Source: a virus (taxonomy: Duplodnaviria > Caudoviricetes). Taken from it: DNA of 28,380 nucleotides. Under the pieces are notes generated by a model. It was not told the DNA's origin and ran no database searches. It saw nothing but the letters and a program-made list of their open reading frames with translations. Positions 1-8,493 of the stretch are shown one piece after another; position 1 is the stretch's first letter; every line of letters starts with the position of its first letter. Where the stretch lies: the IMG/VR virus record IMGVR_UViG_3300008459_000274, positions 1 to 28,380 of that record, one strand, 5' to 3'. Made by a program: the position numbers and the translations under genes.

Positions 1-632
1 CTTTCTATAAATTGATTTAAGTCACCAATGTAGTTCTTTTTACCTATATGACCACAAGTCATTTTTGGATCAAGCCAAATATCAAATCCAAGACTTCTTA
101 ATTTTTTACACAATACGATGTCCTCGGAATAAAAATCACCATCAATTACAATACATTCAAAGACATTCCTGCATTCTTTTCCATGATGCGTGAACACATC
201 ACTTGATGAATAGATTGAATTGACAGCCTTCTTACTCATTTTTAGAAACGCTGTTCCCATTCCCTCACACTTAATCAATCCATTTGGATGTAAAGTAAAG
301 TCTCTTACCTTTACGGCATAAGTTTCTTCTAAATCTGTTTTCTTCCTAGCCGTTCCACCAACAACATCTTCATTCCTATTGATTAACTCTAAAATCCATG
401 AAGGATTCCATTGCATATCGGCATCAATCCACACCATGTCAACCTCTGCATCATGGGCAATCTTTATCAAATCATTTCTTGCAATTTGCAAAAGCGACTC
501 GTTTCCCAAAAATACAGGACAAAGCTCAATATCATTCGCTCCACAGAACTTTATTGAGTCAACTAATGACAATGTATACTCCAAACAAACTTTTCCATCA
601 TTACATGGAGTTGCGATCATTACTTTTTTCAT
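1..632 (-). CDS. GT-A fold glycosyltransferase-like protein, 3' end runs off the window
   Basis: Not in the ORF track; read manually from ATG at 632: MKKVMIATPCNDGKV...SLLQIARNDL...MVWIDADMQW (DxD)...GMGTAFLKM...SEDIVLC...IWLDPKMTCGHIG. Open to position 1. Confidence 0.8.
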   Translation of the reverse strand, partial: MKKVMIATPCNDGKVCLEYTLSLVDSIKFCGANDIELCPVFLGNESLLQIARNDLIKIAHDAEVDMVWIDADMQWNPSWILELINRNEDVVGGTARKKTDLEETYAVKVRDFTLHPNGLIKCEGMGTAFLKMSKKAVNSIYSSSDVFTHHGKECRNVFECIVIDGDFYSEDIVLCKKLRSLGFDIWLDPKMTCGHIGKKNYIGDLNQFIE

Positions 633-826
633 GCGGGTTGGAGGCTCAATTCTTGCATTTGTGGTTTAAAGTCATTCAGAAAAGGATATGCCTTAATCAA
701 ATCATTGATTGTCATTAGATGGGCATTCCAATCATGGTTTTCCACATTGCCGCTATTCCTTGCTTCCATTGCACCGATTAGATCAGCACAAGCACACCGA
801 AGAGTAAGTTGTTGTTGTTGTGACAT
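629..826 (-). CDS. hypothetical protein (65 aa)
   Basis: Start moved from 985 to ATG 826 (MSQQQQL), which follows a promoter and AC-rich leader; ATGA overlap with the downstream gene. Confidence 0.65.
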   Translation of the reverse strand: MSQQQQLTLRCACADLIGAMEARNSGNVENHDWNAHLMTINDLIKAYPFLNDFKPQMQELSLQPA

Positions 827-866
827 TGTTTTGGTTTGTTGTTGGTTGTTTAACTTAACAAGGAAC

Positions 867-895
867 ATCCTCGCATTTCCCTCTTTACCTGTCAA
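867..895 (-). promoter_or_regulatory. sigma70-type promoter
   Basis: TTGACA-17 nt-GAGGAT with extended -10 TG, followed by an AC-rich leader. Confidence 0.7.
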
Positions 896-1049
896 TGCTT
901 TTTTTTGATGTTTGGTGTATTTAAGATGTCCTGTGCTTCTTTTTTCATTATTTCCCTTTGTTGGTATTTCACCAATGTATCGCAACCAATGAGAAAAAAT
1001 ACGGAAATAATTAAAACAGAATAAAATACAATTCCAATCTTATACGGAT

Positions 1050-1898
1050 TTAGGCGCATACTTCTTTGAGTTGTTTGTTTTTATTTTTCAGATTCTTTCT
1101 AATCTTATTCAATGCAATCTCTTGTATCTGTCTCGCTCTTTCCCTTGTTACCTTGAATATCTCTCCAATATCCTCCAAGATCATTGGTTCTTCCCCATCA
1201 AATCCGAATCGTTTTTTAATTAAAAGTGTTTCTCTCTCGTTCAATACATCCAAAAGGTCTGGAACCTGTTCAAATTCACTATTTTGTTCTGCAACCATGT
1301 CTGGTGATATTGCATTCTCGTCCCTCAATACATCTGCAAATGTTTTATTCTCATCGTCATGGAAGGGACTATCCATCGGGACATAGGAGAATTTGAATCC
1401 CAAAATTTCTTCCACCCTTTCTTTTTTCATTCCAAGACTATCCGCGATCTCTTCTATTGTTGGTTCTCTTCCAGTATCTTCCTTCAATTTTTGCATGATC
1501 CTCTGGATGCTGGTATAGGATGTTGCCGTATGTTTTGTCATGTGGACAAGACCACTCCTGCTAATGAAACTATGAATCCATTGGCGAATATAGAATGCGG
1601 CGTAAGTGGAAAACCTTGCCCCAAAGGAAGAATCATACTTGGATGCGGCTTTTTGCAAGCCCACCATTCCCTCGCTAATAATGTCCTGCTTGTCAGCAAA
1701 CCATGAAAAGTCACTCATTGCAATCTTTACAACGAGTCGAAGATTACTCTCCACTAATTTTTCGATTGCTTTTTTCTTTTTTAATTCCGACTTTCCAAGA
1801 ATATCCTTGGATAGTTTATTTTCCTCTTCCCTTGTGAGAAGTGGAGTGCGTTCCATGAATGCGGAATAAAAAGCGGGTAAAAGTGCTTCTCTATACAT
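1050..1898 (-). CDS. RNA polymerase sigma70-family sigma factor (RpoD/RpoS-like regions 1.2-4)
   Basis: PLLTREEE (1.2), LVESNLRLVVKIA (2.1), DIISEGMVGL (2.2), RFSTYAAFYIRQ (2.3/2.4), GREPTIEEIA (3), LEDIGEIFKVTRERARQIQ (4.2). Confidence 0.95.
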   Translation of the reverse strand: MYREALLPAFYSAFMERTPLLTREEENKLSKDILGKSELKKKKAIEKLVESNLRLVVKIAMSDFSWFADKQDIISEGMVGLQKAASKYDSSFGARFSTYAAFYIRQWIHSFISRSGLVHMTKHTATSYTSIQRIMQKLKEDTGREPTIEEIADSLGMKKERVEEILGFKFSYVPMDSPFHDDENKTFADVLRDENAISPDMVAEQNSEFEQVPDLLDVLNERETLLIKKRFGFDGEEPMILEDIGEIFKVTRERARQIQEIALNKIRKNLKNKNKQLKEVCA

Positions 1899-1934
1899 TA
1901 GATTTCAATTTCTGTAATGATTTGTGTGGTTGTT

Positions 1935-2258
1935 TTAATTCAAGACTCCCGATTTAATTTCCAATTGGATTTTCTTGTTACCCTTCTTTGCGGTATATTC
2001 TGTTTTTACATTCTGAAAGAACCAATGGGTTTCCATATCAGAAAAAACCATTTCAATCATATCCTTTCCTGTTTCTTCCAATTGGAACAATTCAAGGTCT
2101 GGATAGGCATCCAATGCTTTCTTTTTGTTCACAATATGGATTCCATGCTTCTTGTTCTTTAGAATCTCTGTTCCCTCTGGAACTTCAAATGTTCTTTTGA
2201 TTGTAATTTCTACAATTTGTGTCTTTTTTACAGGTGTTTTTTGCACTTTTTTTGTCAT
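1935..2258 (-). CDS. hypothetical protein
   Basis: ORF track 1935..2285; ATG 2258 directly follows the stop of the upstream small ORF. Confidence 0.6.
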   Translation of the reverse strand: MTKKVQKTPVKKTQIVEITIKRTFEVPEGTEILKNKKHGIHIVNKKKALDAYPDLELFQLEETGKDMIEMVFSDMETHWFFQNVKTEYTAKKGNKKIQLEIKSGVLN

Positions 2259-2259
2259 T

Positions 2260-2406
2260 TTATGGGGTTTCTTCTTCTGTGTCATCTTCTACCACATACC
2301 ATCCAAGTTCCCTCAATGCCTCTTCCCTTGCATGGTTTATGTCTTTTGCCTCAACGAGAAAACCATCCTCGTCTTGGTCACTTGTGGTAACGAAAAATGA
2401 TTTCAT
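2260..2406 (-). CDS. small acidic hypothetical protein (48 aa)
   Basis: Manual translation MKSFFVTTSDQDEDGFLVEAKDINHAREEALRELGWYVVEDDTEEETP; ATGA coupling to the upstream ORF. Confidence 0.6.
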   Translation of the reverse strand: MKSFFVTTSDQDEDGFLVEAKDINHAREEALRELGWYVVEDDTEEETP

Positions 2407-2573
2407 TGTTTGTCTATGATGTTTTGCAGAATTGCTTCCACCTCATCAAAGTCATCGGTTCCAACATATTCGCTCATGTCCTCAATAATATCATCATCCA
2501 GATTGGATAGAAGAAATGTCAAGGCATACTTCACAATTTCATACTCTTGTTCGGTTTCACTTGTATTTGTCAT
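2403..2573 (-). CDS. small acidic hypothetical protein (56 aa)
   Basis: Manual translation MTNTSETEQEYEIVKYALTFLLSNLDDDIIED...; preceded by TTGACA-16-AAGAAT (2583-2610). Confidence 0.6.
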   Translation of the reverse strand: MTNTSETEQEYEIVKYALTFLLSNLDDDIIEDMSEYVGTDDFDEVEAILQNIIDKQ

Positions 2574-2618
2574 AGATTTTTTATTCTTTCAGATTTTTAA
2601 GTTTTGTCAATAGTATTT

Positions 2619-2837
2619 TTAGCGAATATAGTCATGGGGATAAATGTCGAGGTCGTCGTCCAAATCTTCCAGACTATCACTTCGACAATACTCCGCTACT
2701 CCTGCATCAAATCCCATACGATACCAGATTTTTTCAAGATCATTTTCGTATGCATTCATATCCACTCCCTCTTTAAGACCATGCTTGAAACCAAGTTGGT
2801 ATGCACCTGTTGTTTCAACTTCAATTTCCATTTTCAT
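2619..2837 (-). CDS. hypothetical protein
   Basis: ORF with AAACCAA-ATG leader; Y..GF..G pattern twice. Confidence 0.6.
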   Translation of the reverse strand: MKMEIEVETTGAYQLGFKHGLKEGVDMNAYENDLEKIWYRMGFDAGVAEYCRSDSLEDLDDDLDIYPHDYIR

Positions 2838-2843
2838 TTGGTT

Positions 2844-3041
2844 TTATTTTTTATATGGTTTTAGGCAAATGCTTTCAAGTATGTTGTTTGTTTCTTCATC
2901 AAACAAGTCTTCTTCTGCATTCTTGATACGGAATACATCGGAATTGTCATCCCACCGAAAATTGATTTGAACATCTTTTGTTTCCACCATATTTTCTTGG
3001 CAGATTTTTTCCAGTTTGTTTATGAGTTGTTTTGCTGTCAT
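2844..3041 (-). CDS. hypothetical protein
   Basis: MTAKQLINKLEK start; AC-rich leader and upstream promoter. Confidence 0.65.
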   Translation of the reverse strand: MTAKQLINKLEKICQENMVETKDVQINFRWDDNSDVFRIKNAEEDLFDEETNNILESICLKPYKK

Positions 3042-3073
3042 TTGGTTTTATTGTGGTTGATTGTTGAGCGTGT

Positions 3074-3102
3074 ATTGTTTCAGAGATGTTGGAAGATGTC
3101 AA
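3074..3102 (-). promoter_or_regulatory. sigma70-type promoter
   Basis: TTGACA-17 nt-AACAAT with TG extension, then GCTCAACAATCAACC leader (shared with the promoter at 8725-8753). Confidence 0.6.
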
Positions 3103-3105
3103 GCA

Positions 3106-3270
3106 TCAATACAACATCAAATCCAATTTTGACATAAGTGGTTCCAATTCATCATCGGCAAGGTCAAGATATTCTGCAAGTTCCTCATAATGATGCTTGA
3201 AGGAAAACCATGCGGCTTCCAAAAGGATTGCGAGTTCTTCTTCATCGAGATTTTTTATTTTATTTTTCAT
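3106..3270 (-). CDS. hypothetical protein (54 aa)
   Basis: Start moved to ATG 3270, after the promoter and AC-rich leader. Confidence 0.6.
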   Translation of the reverse strand: MKNKIKNLDEEELAILLEAAWFSFKHHYEELAEYLDLADDELEPLMSKLDLMLY

Positions 3271-3310
3271 TTGGTTTTGTTGGTTGTTTATTCTTGATTG
3301 AACAGGATTG

Positions 3311-3339
3311 ATTCTTTCAGAAATTGGTTTTGATGTCAA
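3311..3339 (-). promoter_or_regulatory. sigma70-type promoter
   Basis: TTGACA-17 nt-AAGAAT with TG extension. Confidence 0.65.
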
Positions 3340-3834
3340 CTAGATTTTCCACCAATATGGAACATTTCCAAGTTTCCATGTTGCAAAGTCTTTTTTCTCA
3401 TTGAGATAATAATTGCGATATGCCACAACCGCATCGGGATTTTTATATTGATTGGGCATGGCAAGTGCAAAATTTGTGAGTTCTCCTTCTGGAACTAGAT
3501 AATCCATATCACACAATTTTTCAATTCCTTTTTGGCAAGCATGGACTTTACCATATCTTTTGGTGTATTCATTGCAGAGTTCAAGGGCATGGACTGATGC
3601 CCAATTAAAATTCGATCTCGTATGCCCTACCCATTGAGTGCAAGGATGAAAGTGGTATCCTCCTTTAAGGGGAGTTCCCTTTGCTGTCAATGGCATCATT
3701 TCACTTGTTGCACCATGTCTAATTACCGCACTACCAAGCTGTTGCAGAAGTTCGACACACATCTTCGATGAATGCTTATCGGCATGGAATTGTGCTGATT
3801 TGATTGGGCAGTTGTCAAGAATGAAAATATTGAT
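3340..3834 (-). CDS. pyrimidine dimer DNA glycosylase / endonuclease V-family protein, apparent non-ATG (ATC) start
   Basis: The frame extends upstream of the ORF-track start as (I)NIFILDNCPIKSAQFHADKHSSKMCVELLQQL, the family-typical MNIFxLD...DKH..KM..E..Q.L N-terminus. Also HPCTQW, CNEYTKRYGKVH, AMP..YK, AYRNYY. Confidence 0.8.
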   Translation of the reverse strand: MNIFILDNCPIKSAQFHADKHSSKMCVELLQQLGSAVIRHGATSEMMPLTAKGTPLKGGYHFHPCTQWVGHTRSNFNWASVHALELCNEYTKRYGKVHACQKGIEKLCDMDYLVPEGELTNFALAMPNQYKNPDAVVAYRNYYLNEKKDFATWKLGNVPYWWKI

Positions 3835-3890
3835 ATGTATATCCTACCTTTCTTTTTATGAATTATTTTATCTTTAAATGTTATCCAATG

Positions 3891-3898
3891 TATAAATA
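3891..3898 (+). promoter_or_regulatory. T4-like late promoter TATAAATA
   Basis: Exact TATAAATA 7 nt before ATG 3906. Confidence 0.65.
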
Positions 3899-3905
3899 TT
3901 ATTGT

Positions 3906-4709
3906 ATGATAAAATGCAACAAGTGTCAAATTCAAAAAAAAGATTTTTTATTTTATTATAGAAACAAAAAACAAAATAAAAGAAGAAAAGTTTGCAAAAA
4001 ATGTATGAATCTAAAAAGCAAAAAAATAAGATTGGAAAAAAGAGATCCTACTTTAAGAAAGTATAGCAAATATAGGTTAGATGAAACGGTTTTTTTAAAT
4101 GATAACGAAGAAGTATATTATTATGCTGGTTTATTAGCAGCGGATGGTTGTTTATTTAAAGTTTCAAAAAAATCAAAAAGAATATCTCTAACTCTACATG
4201 AAAGAGACATTTCTACATTAAGAAATTTTAAAAATTTTTTAAAATATGATGGCAATATTCTATTTTATAGAAAAATATATCCTTATATTTCTATAACAGG
4301 AGCAAAAAAATTAACAAGTATTTTAGAAAAAAAATTTAATATAGTAGAAAATAAAAGTTTAATATATAACCCACCAAATATAAATAAATTAAATTTAGCT
4401 TTGGCATTTATAATAGGGTATATTGATGGTGATGGATGTATATATAAACCAAAAACCAATAATTCTTATCAACTACATATATTAGGAACACAAAAAATGT
4501 TAGATTTTATTTGTAATACATTTAAAATAATAGAACCATCGTTTAATTTAAAACCAAGACAAAGCTGTTCAAAAAATAATTTAGTAAAAACATTAGCTTT
4601 GTGTGGAAATTTTAAATCTGATAAATATAAATACAAAAACATATTAAAAGCATTATTAAAAATAAATGTGCCTAAAATGGAAAGAAAATGGAATAAAATA
4701 ATAAATTAA
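3906..4709 (+). mobile_element. free-standing double-motif LAGLIDADG homing endonuclease gene with N-terminal CxxC/CxxC zinc motif
   Basis: YYYAGLLAADGCL and AFIIGYIDGDGCI motifs; visibly more AT-rich than flanks; opposite strand to the adjacent genes. The ORF is open from 3858, but the late promoter favours ATG 3906. Confidence 0.88.
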
Positions 4710-4715
4710 ACCATG

Positions 4716-4853
4716 TCAAAGAAATTCTCTGAAAATCTTTTTCATGTATTCCCATTCCCTCTTCAAAAAAAGAAATAGAATTTCGGGAAAATACATTGTG
4801 TAGTAAACTCCCAACCAGAAATAATAACTCAACTTGTAAATTATTTCTTTCAT
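4716..4853 (-). CDS. small hydrophobic hypothetical protein (45 aa)
   Basis: Manual translation MKEIIYKLSYYFWLGVYYTMYFPEILFLFLKREWEYMKKIFREFL; its stop overlaps TTGACA, as for several other genes here. Confidence 0.45.
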   Translation of the reverse strand: MKEIIYKLSYYFWLGVYYTMYFPEILFLFLKREWEYMKKIFREFL

Positions 4854-4867
4854 GTCTAAATATATTT

Positions 4868-5032
4868 ATGCTGGAGAATTTTGATAATCTTGTTAATTCG
4901 TTTCTTGTTGAGAAGAAAGATAGATGTTTAAAAAAAGCCGCACAAGTTTATGGTAAGAAAAGTTCAGCTTATCGTAGTGGGGCTATCGTAAAATGCAGAC
5001 AGGGAAAGATTTGGAAAAAGAAAAAGAAATGA
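4868..5032 (+). CDS. small basic protein, SAYRSGAIVKCR type (DUF5872-like N-part), with shared N-terminal leader
   Basis: TAAATA at 4857-4862, 5 nt before ATG 4868; MLENFDNLVNSFLVE followed by a K/R-rich domain. Confidence 0.65.
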   Translation: MLENFDNLVNSFLVEKKDRCLKKAAQVYGKKSSAYRSGAIVKCRQGKIWKKKKK

Positions 5033-5301
5033 AAAGAGAATTTGATAAATTGGTTGAACAGATTCTTATACAAGAAGGTAAATTCGATTTAGAAAAAAAA
5101 GAGGGTTTGCATGGGTGGTTTAAAAGAAACAAGGGCAAAGGTTGGTTGGATTGTCGAACTAAAAAACCATGTGGCAGACAAAAAGGTGAAAAAAGAAAAG
5201 GTTATCCTGCTTGCCGTCCCACATTAAGTGCTTGCAATTCAAGAAAAAGATTGAAAAAAGGTTCTAAAAGAATTTCTTGGAAAAAAGGCGACAAGACCTA
5301 A
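5029..5301 (+). CDS. small basic Cys-containing protein, GLxxWF/KPCGR/YPACRP type (DUF5872-like C-part), with shared N-terminal leader
   Basis: ATGA overlap with the upstream gene; MKREFDKLVEQILIQEG...GLHGWFKR...KPCGR...YPACRP. Confidence 0.65.
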   Translation: MKREFDKLVEQILIQEGKFDLEKKEGLHGWFKRNKGKGWLDCRTKKPCGRQKGEKRKGYPACRPTLSACNSRKRLKKGSKRISWKKGDKT

Positions 5302-5435
5302 AAATCCAAATAAAGAATTAAAAACAAAAGGGAAATAAAAGAAATAGTTCCCATTAGCATCGCAATTCCTGTGAATGTATCCATTAGCAAATCGACATCT
5401 TTAAACCATCTTTGCTTTTGGTAAATCCTTTTCAT
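5298..5435 (-). CDS. small membrane protein (45 aa)
   Basis: Manual translation MKRIYQKQRWFKDVDLLMDTFTGIAMLMGTISFISLLFLILYLDF; TAATG coupling. Confidence 0.5.
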   Translation of the reverse strand: MKRIYQKQRWFKDVDLLMDTFTGIAMLMGTISFISLLFLILYLDF

Positions 5436-5680
5436 TAAACTTCCTCCATGATTCCAAGAACCTCTTCAATCTGGTGGTTCACAATAACCCATTCCTCAAT
5501 TTTGTGCTGATGTTCAAACATTTGCTTGACAGCATCGGACAACTGAATCTCACCATTCCGATACTTGGAAGCAATGCAAGATGCAAAATCATCCAGTTCC
5601 GCAAGTGGATATATAGAAATCCAAGAAAGGACTCCATGTTGAATTTCTCCGCTATTTGGTTTGTATTGTTTTGTTTTCAC
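5435..5680 (-). CDS. hypothetical protein
   Basis: GTGA-coupled ORF; resembles 6272..6481 (W...(Y/F)PLAE...A..(I/V)A..YRN..I....A). Confidence 0.6.
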   Translation of the reverse strand: MKTKQYKPNSGEIQHGVLSWISIYPLAELDDFASCIASKYRNGEIQLSDAVKQMFEHQHKIEEWVIVNHQIEEVLGIMEEV

Positions 5681-5865
5681 TTTAGTATTTGTCTGTTGAT
5701 GAATGATATTCTTTTCTTTCCTTTGTGTGTAAATGTAACAACTTCCCTTCCATTGTTATCCACTTCAAATGATTCTATTTTAAGTTCTTCTAAAGGAATT
5801 TCTTTTCCATCTACACTTGCTGTTTCCAATATCTCTGGAACAAAATTGCAAATGTCTTCTTCCAT
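5677..5865 (-). CDS. hypothetical protein
   Basis: ORF in a tightly packed minus-strand run. Confidence 0.55.
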   Translation of the reverse strand: MEEDICNFVPEILETASVDGKEIPLEELKIESFEVDNNGREVVTFTHKGKKRISFINRQILK

Positions 5866-6102
5866 TTAATTTCCTGTTTCGATTTTTGCAACAATTTCCA
5901 ACATTGGCTTTTGGTCACTCTCTTCTGGAAACCTATATTTTGCAATGCTGATAAGAGAATACATTTCCTCGCAAAGTTTAAAAAGGATATCCCTTTCAAT
6001 CTGCATCTTTAGAATCTTCTTATGTTCTCCGATTAGGTTGGAGAATAAATCTTGTGAAACATATTCTTCCGACTTCTTTTCAATGTAGTTTGATATTGTC
6101 AT
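5866..6102 (-). CDS. hypothetical protein
   Basis: ORF downstream of TTGACA-17-TATTCT (6119-6147). Confidence 0.6.
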   Translation of the reverse strand: MTISNYIEKKSEEYVSQDLFSNLIGEHKKILKMQIERDILFKLCEEMYSLISIAKYRFPEESDQKPMLEIVAKIETGN

Positions 6103-6271
6103 ATTCGGATTTAAGACCAGAATATACTATTACCCTTACCCTGTCAATTATTATTTGCGACCTTCACACAAAAAAGACAGAGAAGAACCACTAAAATTGC
6201 AACTGCATAATCTGGAACGAAAAACAAAGAAGCAACCATGAAGGTGATGATGGAAATATTTAGAATTGTTT

Positions 6272-6481
6272 TCAATTTTCCTGTTTGTTTAGTTTTTTGT
6301 TGGTCTTTATCCATTCGTTAATATCTTTTTCTGACAATTTCATAGCCGCAAGTGCTTGGTTGTCATCTATTAATTTATTCCTATATGCCTCGGCAACAAC
6401 TGCGGCAAGGCTCGGCATTTCCGCCAAAGGGAAATACCTTAACCAATACAATTTTGCCGATTCCATTGTTTCCTTTTTCAA
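6272..6481 (-). CDS. hypothetical protein, paralog-like to 5435..5680
   Basis: YWLRYFPLAEMPSLAAVVAEAYRNKLI versus SWISIYPLAELDDFASCIASKYRNGEI. Confidence 0.6.
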   Translation of the reverse strand: MKKETMESAKLYWLRYFPLAEMPSLAAVVAEAYRNKLIDDNQALAAMKLSEKDINEWIKTNKKLNKQEN

Positions 6482-6509
6482 AACTACACATTGTTCTTTC
6501 TCCTAGTAT

Positions 6510-6731
6510 TTATCCTATTTCAGAGGCTATTTGTGACATTTTGGCCTTGCAAATCTCAACCAAAATATCTTGCCCTATGGTAGTTCCACATGGTGCTTTA
6601 ATTGAAACGATTTTTTCTGTGGGGAATAGTGGTTCATACACCGCTTCCCCATCAAAAAGAACTCGGACAAGTTCTCCACCCAAGTTTAAAACCAATCCAA
6701 TTTTTTCCATTTTATTTTTCAATTTGAACAA
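6510..6731 (-). CDS. hypothetical protein (start probably the internal ATG, MEKIGL)
   Basis: ORF in packed run. Confidence 0.5.
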   Translation of the reverse strand: MFKLKNKMEKIGLVLNLGGELVRVLFDGEAVYEPLFPTEKIVSIKAPCGTTIGQDILVEICKAKMSQIASEIG

Positions 6732-6921
6732 CTTTATACTTTGTCCAAAAATCTGCTTTGTGTTCTATTTTAAGAAAAATCTTTTCATCCGCATCAATCT
6801 TCTGATGGAAATATCCAAAGGTTTCATCCTGTTTCCATTCTCCCTTTTCCTCTTTATATATGGCAAATAATGGTTGCATGATTGGAATATACTCTTTAAT
6901 TTGATTCATGTCAATCCACAA
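6712..6921 (-). CDS. hypothetical protein
   Basis: ORF in packed run; start uncertain. Confidence 0.5.
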   Translation of the reverse strand: MWIDMNQIKEYIPIMQPLFAIYKEEKGEWKQDETFGYFHQKIDADEKIFLKIEHKADFWTKYKVVQIEK

Positions 6922-7273
6922 TTACTTTTTGATACCACTTTCCGTTTTCATCCTTTTTACAATGGATGTTGGATTCTGGATCAAGACCCTCAATATCATA
7001 GTCATGGATAATAAGTTCACAATCAGTATTTTCTCTTATAACATCGTGAATTACACCATCGGTTATGGCTATTGTCATTCGTTTTTTATTGTGGTTTGTC
7101 ATAGTATTGTGGAATAGTTGTGGTTTGTTTTTGATATGCCTCTTGCTGAATTGTTTAAGACCCTCGGAGAATCCTGTTTCATACTCAATGCGTTTGTTCT
7201 CACGCACATAAGTATTCTCTTCCTCGTTAATTCTTCCGCCCTTGAAGCCAAGTCGAAATGCTCTTGTGTCCAT
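6911..7273 (-). CDS. hypothetical protein
   Basis: ATG 8 nt after TTGACA-17-TATTAT (7282-7310), i.e. essentially leaderless. Confidence 0.65.
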   Translation of the reverse strand: MDTRAFRLGFKGGRINEEENTYVRENKRIEYETGFSEGLKQFSKRHIKNKPQLFHNTMTNHNKKRMTIAITDGVIHDVIRENTDCELIIHDYDIEGLDPESNIHCKKDENGKWYQKVIVD

Positions 7274-7306
7274 AATGAACTATAATAGTAGAAGGTGAAA
7301 TACCTG

Positions 7307-7738
7307 TCAATACTTTAAGTATTCCTTGGAAAGAAAACGAAGTCTGCGATTCTCTCCATGATTTCTATTTGCGAGATAATATAAGGCATCGTCGAAATCA
7401 TTTAAGAAATCCACAAACATTTGTGGATCGAAATTTTCCCAAATTTCTGGTGTATTGAAAAATATGTTTTGAAACTCATCATCTGTTTTTTTTGTTTCGT
7501 TTTTTAATTGTGGGAAATATTTTGAAAGAAGTGATTTGTAATTTTCTTTTACAAGTAAAGACATGAATTGTTTTTTTAATTTTTTCAATTCTTCTTTAAA
7601 TTTTGGTTTGTCTTTTTTTCTGTAAAGTTTCTCCAAATTTTCTATTTCGCCATTAATTATGGACGCATCTGAAAGAGTTTTCACGCTTTCTTCAATAATT
7701 TGTTCTTGAAGTAAATTCCATAATTCCAGAAATGTCAT
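7307..7738 (-). CDS. hypothetical late protein with a leader variant
   Basis: TAAATA (7744-7749) 5 nt before ATG; MTFLELWNLLQEQIIEE. Confidence 0.65.
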   Translation of the reverse strand: MTFLELWNLLQEQIIEESVKTLSDASIINGEIENLEKLYRKKDKPKFKEELKKLKKQFMSLLVKENYKSLLSKYFPQLKNETKKTDDEFQNIFFNTPEIWENFDPQMFVDFLNDFDDALYYLANRNHGENRRLRFLSKEYLKY

Positions 7739-7746
7739 GGAATTAT

Positions 7747-7956
7747 TTATAGTTCGGATAGTTCGTATGCAAAATCATCATTGATCGCTTGTTCGTTTGT
7801 GTCAACGATTCGCAATAATAATTCTTGTGTAAATGGAAAATAGAATAGTTTATCTTCCAATGGCTTAATTTTACCTTGTGCCTCTTTTATAGTTGTAAAT
7901 GTCCCTGCAACATCCATCCAACCAAACATTGTTTTCGATTGGATTTTAAAACTCAC
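7747..7956 (-). CDS. hypothetical protein
   Basis: GTGA-coupled ORF. Confidence 0.55.
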   Translation of the reverse strand: MSFKIQSKTMFGWMDVAGTFTTIKEAQGKIKPLEDKLFYFPFTQELLLRIVDTNEQAINDDFAYELSEL

Positions 7957-8345
7957 AGACGATCCTCCAAGTATTCCAAAAACTCCTGTGGGGTTTTATC
8001 CGTTCTAACCCATGCCCGATCATAAACAACGGATTTATTGTTTCTCCGTTCTCCTGTTAAATTCTGTTCCAAATAATATTCCCCGAATTGTTTATGGGAA
8101 ATCATATCATCAAACATTTCCTGTCCGAATTTCTCCTTTGGAATGATTGTCGCAGAATATGACTTGGTTCCACAAGCGGATTGAACATTAAACTCTACCA
8201 CAAATTCGTTGAATCTGTTTTCCAACATATCCACAAATCCTTCAATCTCATGTTCTTCAAAGTAATCTCGAAGATACAATGCAATGTCTTCCTTTGTATA
8301 GATTTTGAGGACTCGGTTAAAACGATTTAAAAGTTTTTCGTTCAT
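7953..8345 (-). CDS. hypothetical protein, paralog of 8762..9241
   Basis: Shares FNE(F/Y)V(V/I)E(F/Y)N..S.CG.K.YSA, FDDM.S, YYLEQ.L.G.R, YDRAWVR...P.EFL.YLE; start set at ATG 8345. Confidence 0.7.
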   Translation of the reverse strand: MNEKLLNRFNRVLKIYTKEDIALYLRDYFEEHEIEGFVDMLENRFNEFVVEFNVQSACGTKSYSATIIPKEKFGQEMFDDMISHKQFGEYYLEQNLTGERRNNKSVVYDRAWVRTDKTPQEFLEYLEDRL

Positions 8346-8349
8346 ATTT

Positions 8350-8493
8350 TTAAAGGTTGGTTTCAATTCCGAATGCAAGTAGTATTCCTTTAACGATTGC
8401 TAGTGTCAAGCCGATCATGCAAGCTCCGAATAGTATCCAGAGCAATGCCAACCATGCGACGATTGCATCAACTATTTTTTCATCTTTGTTCAT
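8350..8493 (-). CDS. small membrane protein (47 aa)
   Basis: Manual translation MNKDEKIVDAIVAWLALLWILFGACMIGLTLAIVKGILLAFGIETNL; ATGA coupling. Confidence 0.5.
   Translation of the reverse strand: MNKDEKIVDAIVAWLALLWILFGACMIGLTLAIVKGILLAFGIETNL

Noticed and set aside
3858-4709. LAGLIDADG ORF as part of an intron or intein
   Set aside because: It is antisense to the flanking genes, no P/Q/R/S elements or intein termini were seen, and the glycosylase frame is complete on one side.
8381-8409. TTGACA-17-AATACT promoter candidate
   Set aside because: It lies inside a plausible small membrane ORF and lacks the TG extension and leader pattern; may be chance.
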